A stretch of 64,000 nucleotides of DNA from Microbotryum violaceum. Lineage: Eukaryota. Shown one piece after another: positions 57,033-64,000 of this stretch. The stretch's first letter is position 1; every line of letters starts with the position of its first letter. A program made the position numbers and the translations under genes. The notes under the pieces were generated by a model that was not told the origin of the DNA, searched no databases, and was given only the letters and a program-made list of their open reading frames with translations. The stretch spans positions 1,178,001 through 1,242,000 of the forward strand of contig CDLV01000007.1 in assembly GCA_001244265.2 (NCBI GenBank), read 5' to 3'.

Positions 57033-59347
57033 TCATGCTCTGGGTCCGGGTCTGAATCCACCCGTCGGCTGAGCCCGCAAGGGCGGCATAGAGTACTGCG
57101 TCTGCGGTGCCATGCCGTACTGCGCTGTCGATTGGTATCCATACTGTTCCGGTGCTGCAACAGCCGCAGGTGCTCCCCACCCACTAGGCAACTTCATCCC
57201 CGTCATCTGAGGCACCAACTTGGTCGGACCCCCCAAGACCATCGGGTGCGCCGCTGCTTGCTGATAATGCTGCGGAGCATGGTCCACGACAGCAACTGCT
57301 CTTGGTACTCCACCGGTCGTCATCGGCGTTTGTCGCTTCGCTGTGGGTCCCCCTGTTGTTGAAGTTCCTGTCGCGCTACGTCCCGTCATTTGGCGTTTCA
57401 AGGGACCGACGGAGGAGGCGCCCGTCATTTGCGATTGTAGAGGCCGAGTCGTTGTTATCGGTTTGGTTCCCATTTTCTCGCGCTGCAAAGTATGGGATGT
57501 CCTCAAAAGGGTTAGGCCGAGATCTCAATCCGTTAGCAGATGAAGACTACCCCACCTTCTTGTTCTCCTTCTCCGCCATCTCGGCGCCCATCTTTTTCTC
57601 CAGATCATCCAAGAAGCGCACCCCGTTGACGAGGAACGGTCTTTGGTTTTGTTGTTCCCAAGCGGGGATGAAGTGCCTTAGTTCGGCCTCGAGCCGCGGC
57701 TTTTCCTTGACGACGCGTTTGCGCGCCTTCTCTTCTCGAAGCAGTCGACCGGGGTCGCCACGGGTCGACTTGCCAAGCAATCGGGACGGGTCCGAGGCGG
57801 AGGCCTGTAGAGATTCCGTGTGCTCAGTTGTTGTTATGCAGGCAAGGAGCGCCCAGGAGACCAGGAACCATGTCTTATCTTACCTCGAGCTGAGCCATCT
57901 CCTCCACGACGCTAAAGTACTTGCCCAACCGTTCAAGAACGGGTTGACACCTCTCGACCTCGGCCTCGACTCTTTCCCTCTCCCTCTCGTGTGCGACGAG
58001 TAACTCCTCGCTGACGTTATTGTTGATGATCTCTTCCTCGGCGCCCGTCACCTCGTTCCACACGCGCGTCGAGTCGATGCAGACTTGAAGGGGAGGGAAG
58101 GATGCGATACGTTGAGGCATCGAGAGGTAGAGCGCGTCCCAGAGGTTCGAGAGCGCCACTCGTTCCCGTTGAATGAAGGTGGAGAGGTTCGATCGCTTGA
58201 GGGTGAGCATGCGCGCGAGCTCATCTTGGTACTATTACCGTGGACAATCGGTGGTATCGTTATCAGCTCTCCATCTCTGAGATCCCGAGATGAGCGCATC
58301 GAGAACACTCACGGCCATAACTACGTCCTGTGTCGATCCCATGTGGGTGTTTACGAACTGCTCCATCTCGTATTCTGATACGCCAAGCATGGTCCATAGC
58401 GGGTACAATTTATCGTAGGTGGTCTGAATCGTCATGTTGCGTTGATTCTTCTCGTCCTCGAGCTGGAAGCAAAGAATTGAAAGCAGACCGTCCGTCAGTG
58501 AACGCTGTGTTGGTGTGTTTCCGCGGAGAGTTGAACACTGCAACCAACCCATTTCCTCTTTGCCTCGGCCCGGGCGATGTTCTCTGACGTCGGCTCCAAC
58601 TGTTTACGTTCCCGACCGTCCCCAATTCCAAGATGGGCCAAGATGGCTTCGTCAAAGTCGTCGGTGGTAGTGCCATCGCCCTGGTGAATGCCGAGCTCGG
58701 ACCGGAGCGCGAAAATCTCGTTGACATTGGCGTTGATGGCGTCGCGTCGGCGCGCCTGCATCGGAAGCGATTGGATCAGATTTGCCACTTCGAACTAGGA
58801 TAGGAAAGCACAGTGCACAACGAGAGGAACTCACCATCTCGGTTTCGCACCTCATGACCTCCCTCTCGAGCGCGCTCATCCTCTCGAGGCGTAGATCCAA
58901 CGCCTCCCACCCTTGTTCGACGTCATCCAAGCTAACCTGCAACCACTCCTTGCCCAAGCTCGGTACGAATGTTGCGATCCTCGAATTCAAACCGAGTATT
59001 TGTTTTCCCCTCTCTTCCATCCTCCCCCTCATGCTCTGCAACACCTCTTCGACCTCTTGCACCAACGTTTTCAACGGACCCGTTCCTCTCCTTTTACCGA
59101 TCGACGCATCCTCACCAAGCGCCGTCCTCCACAAGCCAACCTTTTCCCAACTCTTATTCAACGAAGCTTGAATCTGATCTCGTTCATTCTCGGCGCAGAG
59201 CCGTTGTTGATCGATCGTCGCGCCGAGCAGGGCTTGTAGGGCGTCAAGTTGCGCGCTAACGAGTTCGGTGGGTTGAGGTGAGATGAGCGTGTATAATTCG
59301 GTCAACTTTTGCCGATGTTGCGCGACGAGAACTTCGAGCGATGACAT
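57033..59347 (-). CDS. ASE1: MAP65/Ase1/PRC1 microtubule-bundling protein
   Basis: Coiled coils, LSNLWDALY, ASASDPSRLLGKSTRGDPGRLLREEKARKRV and WEQQNQRPFLVNG. Confidence 0.92.
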
Positions 59348-59992
59348 CGTTCGCTAGGACGGATTGGGCACACTCCCCAATAGCGCAAAGCGGTGGTGTG
59401 GTTCGTAATATTCCGAGTCGAAACGGATGTTGAATGAGAACGACGGTCCTGACTCGTGCGCGACCCGTGCCGTAGCTGCCAAAGGGTGATGCTGGTCCAC
59501 GGGCGGTATATGCGTGGATAAAAAATCAAGAGGTAAGAGTGCTCGTAGAAAAGGTAGCACCCTTGTGTGCGATCGAGGTCGGGCCAAGCGGTGAGAGCTA
59601 TCGCAGGTGGTGTGAGCCCGAGCGCAAACAACGCTGACGCCACGCCACGCCAAGTCGCCGGGGCGCGCGCTTATTTTGAGCTAGGACCTCCTCTACTCGT
59701 CGCCCCGCATGCTTCGATTCGAGCCATCAGTCTCCTCGTCTGGCAAGACATGGCGTGATATCATTGAACTTCCAAGCCAAGGTCACCATTGCATAGCCAA
59801 CCTCGACACAGGTGATGTTCTACAACTCGAAACACAGTAGCACTCCCTTTTCACCTCTACATCTCGATATCCCCCAAACCCGAGCGGTCAACCTTCTTTT
59901 CCAACCTTCAGTAATCTTCCATCCTCAGGATGAGAGCGCCATTCGATTGGATTGTGAGTAGTCGTTCGAGCTCTGGTTGCCGAGGTAGACGT

Positions 59993-60745
59993 TTAACGGA
60001 GACCACCGGTTCGGGGGGCGGACTTGGCGCGTGCCTGCTTGGCGGCGACAGGCTTGGCTCCAGGGGTGGACTGCAACACCGAACGTTGGATTCGAGATTA
60101 GCCAGGCAGATTCTGACCCGTTCGGCATGCCTTTGTCGGCTCACCTTGAGAGCCTTCTTATCCTTCTTCTTGTCCTTGCCAGCTTGGAGAGCAGCCTCCC
60201 TAATCATTCACATTCGCACGAACGCACGGAGAAATCAGTGACTCTGCCATCCCAAATAGAGCGCATTCGAGAAAGTATCTTTGCAACGCACCTCTGAGCG
60301 GTCCTGACCTCGGGCTTTTGGTTCCTCTTGGCGAGGATCGACGAAAGGTCGGCGCCGACGATGCCTCGCTGGTGCTTGACGTTCTTGCGCGAGCGCTTCT
60401 TGGCGACTTCCTCGGTGACACCCTTCTTGTTGACGCGACGGTAGACGACGGTCCAGGCGATCTTGCGCGGGTTCTTGCGTTGCAGGAACAGAGACTCCTC
60501 CTTGGACGTGACGAATCTGAACGAGTGGGGAAGCGGATCGTCTGAGTACGAGTCCATCTCCACAAGATGCACCCAACAACTCACCGGTAGACCTTGGAGT
60601 CGGACCGGATGTAGAGCTTACCCTGTGGGATTGAACGCAAAGTGGGTGGGTCAGCGGACGCTACAAAGCGAGTCATGAGACAATCGCGACGGACCTTGCC
60701 CGGGTAGATCTTGTACCCAGAGAAACTGCAAGTTTCGACCTTCAT
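59993..60745 (-). CDS. RPL24: 60S ribosomal protein L24 (eL24)
   Basis: [57 protein letters not shown]... Confidence 0.96.
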
Positions 60746-62012
60746 TTTGACGAGTCTACGATGCTCAATACGACGAAAGAGAGGTCAGCTCAATGGTTCG
60801 GAGAAAAGGGCGCAGTACGAGTGTGGAGTCGAAGATCGAGTCGAGGTCGAGAGCTGGGAGAAGCCGAGACTAGCAGCGGCGGAAGGGGGTGCGTCCTGGG
60901 CCCCAGCCGGCCGTGCGAACGCCTGCGGACCCGCAGAGCCCCTACAACCCGCATCCGCAGCCTCAAGACAGTGCTCATTCCCTTCAGCGTGGCCACCAAG
61001 TCGGATGAGGACGATACTGGGATGACCAAAGAGAGGCGATGTCATGCTCTGGGCGGCGGACGCATTTTTCCCGCTGACGGTCGGCTGGCATTCCTTCGAG
61101 TGGTGTGGATCAGGACTGCTGATGAGTCTATGGTTTTGGTCGAATGGTGTGAGCGCAGCGGATGAAACCCCCGATACCGTGCACAGAATGCAACGACGTC
61201 GAAGGAGCATCCTCGCTGTGAGCTGGGTAGCATGTTCGATCCGTCATCGTCTCCAACACCACCGTCGAGTTTCCCAGCAGCGCTTCCTCCCTCTCGTGAC
61301 CCGCTCGCTGCCAGGCGCGCGCTGGGCGCTGGGCGCTGGGCGCTGCGAGGGGCAGCCAGCCAGCGCGGGCGGGCTCGAAAAACGAAGGGGTCGTCGTCGT
61401 CGTCGTCGTCGTAGTCGCAGGCCGGGTCGTCGTCACCGCAGCGCGGCGTAGGCAATGCGTCGGGGTCGGGTCGAATCGTCAAAGCATCGATTCATCCCGA
61501 GAATAACAAACCATGGCAGGGTGAAATGTACCTTGAGGACGATGGGGGATGGCGAACGGGACGAGAACAAGCACGCTCGGCACGGCGCACTGGGCCAAAA
61601 TCGTCTGCGAGCCGCTTCCGAGCAATTCTGAAGCGGGAGCGAGCGGGCGTCGTTGGCGTGGGCGGCTGCTATACGTGCGGGCCAGCTGTGCAGCTGTGGG
61701 CCTGCGGCCTCGGGCCAACTCTTGCTCCAACTCGCCGGGGGCAACAGCTCATTTCGTCCGCACATCTTCGAGTTTTTTTCCACTTTGCAATGCCTGGTGG
61801 TGCTGCGACTTCAAGTTAGTCATCATGCTCGGCAAATCCGCGATTCTCGAAAAAGAAAGACAGGGGCGCCGCTCGGACGAGCATTACCTTCGCACAATTT
61901 GGATCTACCTCTATGCCGTCCTAGGTAGCACGGTCATGTTCTAGTTTTTCACCGCCTCACCGGAGTCTACCACCTCACCGAAAGTAGGCCACAAATTTCC
62001 AAGTCTGGCCTC

Positions 62013-62081
62013 GGCCCATGCGGGCCCATGCGGGCCCACGCTGACCCACGAGGGCCCACGCGCACGGGCCCGGCCCCGGCC
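62013..62081 (+). repeat. Cluster of GGCCC(A) motifs upstream of the desaturase gene
   Basis: ggcccatgcgggcccatgcgggcccacg...gggcccacg...gggcccggccccggccc. Confidence 0.7.
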
Positions 62082-62475
62082 CTCCGTCTTTACGGGTCGT
62101 CTCTTCTCGCCAGTCGCCGCTTTCGTCGTGATTCTCTGTGGTCGACTCGAGTTCGCTTGGATCGGATTCGGCCTCATCTGCCCTGTCGAAGGTGGACGAG
62201 AAAATGTCTGCAAAGGTGGGTGCTCGTCTCGATATCTCTCTGGGACGGGCTGCGATTCGGGGACGCCACTACCGGCGTTCAATCTCTTGTTGTTGTGAGC
62301 GGGGCCAGACATCTTCGCTGGCGTGATAAGCTCGAACGACAGCATTTCAGTCCTCAGAGAGACACGTCGATCACATCGAGGAACGTGACCTCGCCGGATG
62401 CCATAGAGCCTGCATCTCCTCGGCGCGTCCTCGCTGTGAGCGACGAATCGCGACACGTTCAACTCCCAGCCGCGG

Positions 62476-64000
62476 TTGGGCATCGCTGAGCTGAGCTCGA
62501 TCACTGATGCTGCGCCACACTTTTACCCGAAGCAGACCGAGCACGTCTTCGATGGCGTAGACGTATCCAAGGCCCGCTACTCAAAAGTGCTGCCCTGCCC
62601 CGGCACACCCTTGCCACCCCAATTCGACACGTTGCCCGTGCTCACTCGTGAGACGATAAGCGCCCGCATCGCGACCGGCCAGTTGCTTGTACTGCACCCA
62701 CCACTCGTTTACAAGATCCCAATACCATGGCTTAACGCCCATCCGGGAGGCGACACCGCGATCCTCCACTTCATAGGGCGCGACGCGACAAATGAGATCG
62801 AGGGCTATCACACTGGCGTGACGGTGGCCGAGCGAATGTCGAAATGGGTCATCGGCAAGGTCGAGTTGGATGACACGGAAGGGTGGAGGGATATGGTGCC
62901 TCCGATCCAGCTGGGCAAGTGGCCGCTACCGGTGCCGAGCATCATGGTGTCGAGGCCGACCGAGGCGAACGAGAAACCTTTATCGAGTTCCGAAGTACTC
63001 GAAGCTGCTGTCGCTTTACGGACCCATGTCGACACACTACGCGTCTCCGAGATCGATCCTGAGGTCGAAGACTATGGCGCACTTCCCCTCACACCCTCCT
63101 ACCAACACCACCTGCGCCAGTCGTTGCGCAAACTCCACGCTCGCATTCATTCGCTCGACCTTGACAGTCCACCTCCCTTCCTCTCCGGCTACGGACCTTC
63201 CCTCGTCATCTACTTGTCCCTCGCCCTGATGTTTGGCTTTCTCTGCCACCGAGCAACATCGACGCCGGGCTACTGTGTCGCTTCCGTTGCGCTCGGGCTC
63301 TTCTGGCATCAGGTCACATTCGTTGCTCACGATGCGGGGCACACAGGTTTAACGGGTGACTGGTACGGTGATCGGGTGCGAGGCATTTTCATCGCCAACT
63401 TCTTGGGCGGTATGAGCCTTGGCTGGTGGTGTGACAACCACAACGTCCATCATCGTGCGTTTTCGCGGCCCTTTCGCTCTTGATGGGTCGATCGATGCTG
63501 AAGAATTCGCTTCTTGCCCTCATTGCACAGTGGTGACCAACTCGCCCGAACATGATCCGGACATTCAGCACCTCCCCTTCTTTGCCATTTCGACCAAATT
63601 CTTTGGTTCTTTACGAAGTTCGTACTACAAGCGAGCAATGGCATTTGACGCCTTTGCGCAAACTGTCCTCCCTCACCAGTACGTGCCGAACAGACCTTTG
63701 AAAGGAAAGGGAAAGAAGCAGCTCATTCTTTCTCCCTGTGTGCCATACAGACACAAACTTTACTATATCATCATGTGCTTTGCGCGCGCGAACCTTTTTG
63801 TGCTTTCATATACGTTCATGCTCACCAAATGGCCTTCCCGGACATCACCCTTGTTCAAACTACGCCTGCTCGAAATCGTCGGCATCGCCTTCTTCTGGAC
63901 CTGGTTCGGCGCTTTACTTTGCCACCTCCCCAGCAACTCCGCGAGAATCCTCTTTGTACTCGTTTCGTTCGCCGTGACTTCCCCCTTGCACGTCCAGATC
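62476..64000 (+). CDS. SLD1: Cytochrome b5-fused delta-8 sphingolipid desaturase (5' start uncertain, possibly ATG 62204; 3' end beyond the window)
   Basis: HPGG b5 motif, GRDAT, His boxes HDAGH and HNVHH, and VTNSPEHDPDIQHLPFFA. Confidence 0.88.

Overview
Eukaryotic, intron-rich fungal DNA. The GT-AG introns of about 60-200 nt with CTRAC-like branch sites, and the protein sequences, suggest a basidiomycete, plausibly Pucciniomycotina/Microbotryomycetes (inference). The left 2.6 kb is debris: a decayed L1/Tx1-like non-LTR retrotransposon containing a 198-bp fold-back inverted repeat, next to a broken spliced gene. The rest is gene-dense housekeeping sequence: RPS19, an F-box/ankyrin-like gene, GLE1, a SMYD-type SET-MYND gene, RRG7-like, an SFT1-type SNARE (absent from the ORF track), RWD/DUF1115, two tandem microexon-rich OPT transporters, S1/P1 nuclease, ERG10, ARG5,6, a NUDT19-like Nudix hydrolase, PMP3-family, NCL1/TRM4, OXLD1-like, a hotdog thioesterase, RPL38, TOK1, ASE1, RPL24 and a truncated delta-8 sphingolipid desaturase. 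I found no tRNA, rRNA or CRISPR array, and I cannot claim a wholly new system. The best leads are four: a cryptic in-frame PTS1 (-AKL) behind the ERG10 stop codon, a 117-nt strand-specific RNA hairpin in an unusually long ARG5,6 intron, four Prk1/Ark1-type LxxQxTG repeats on the Ase1 tail, and conserved 8-10 nt microexons in the OPT paralogues. All gene models were assembled by eye, so boundaries are provisional.
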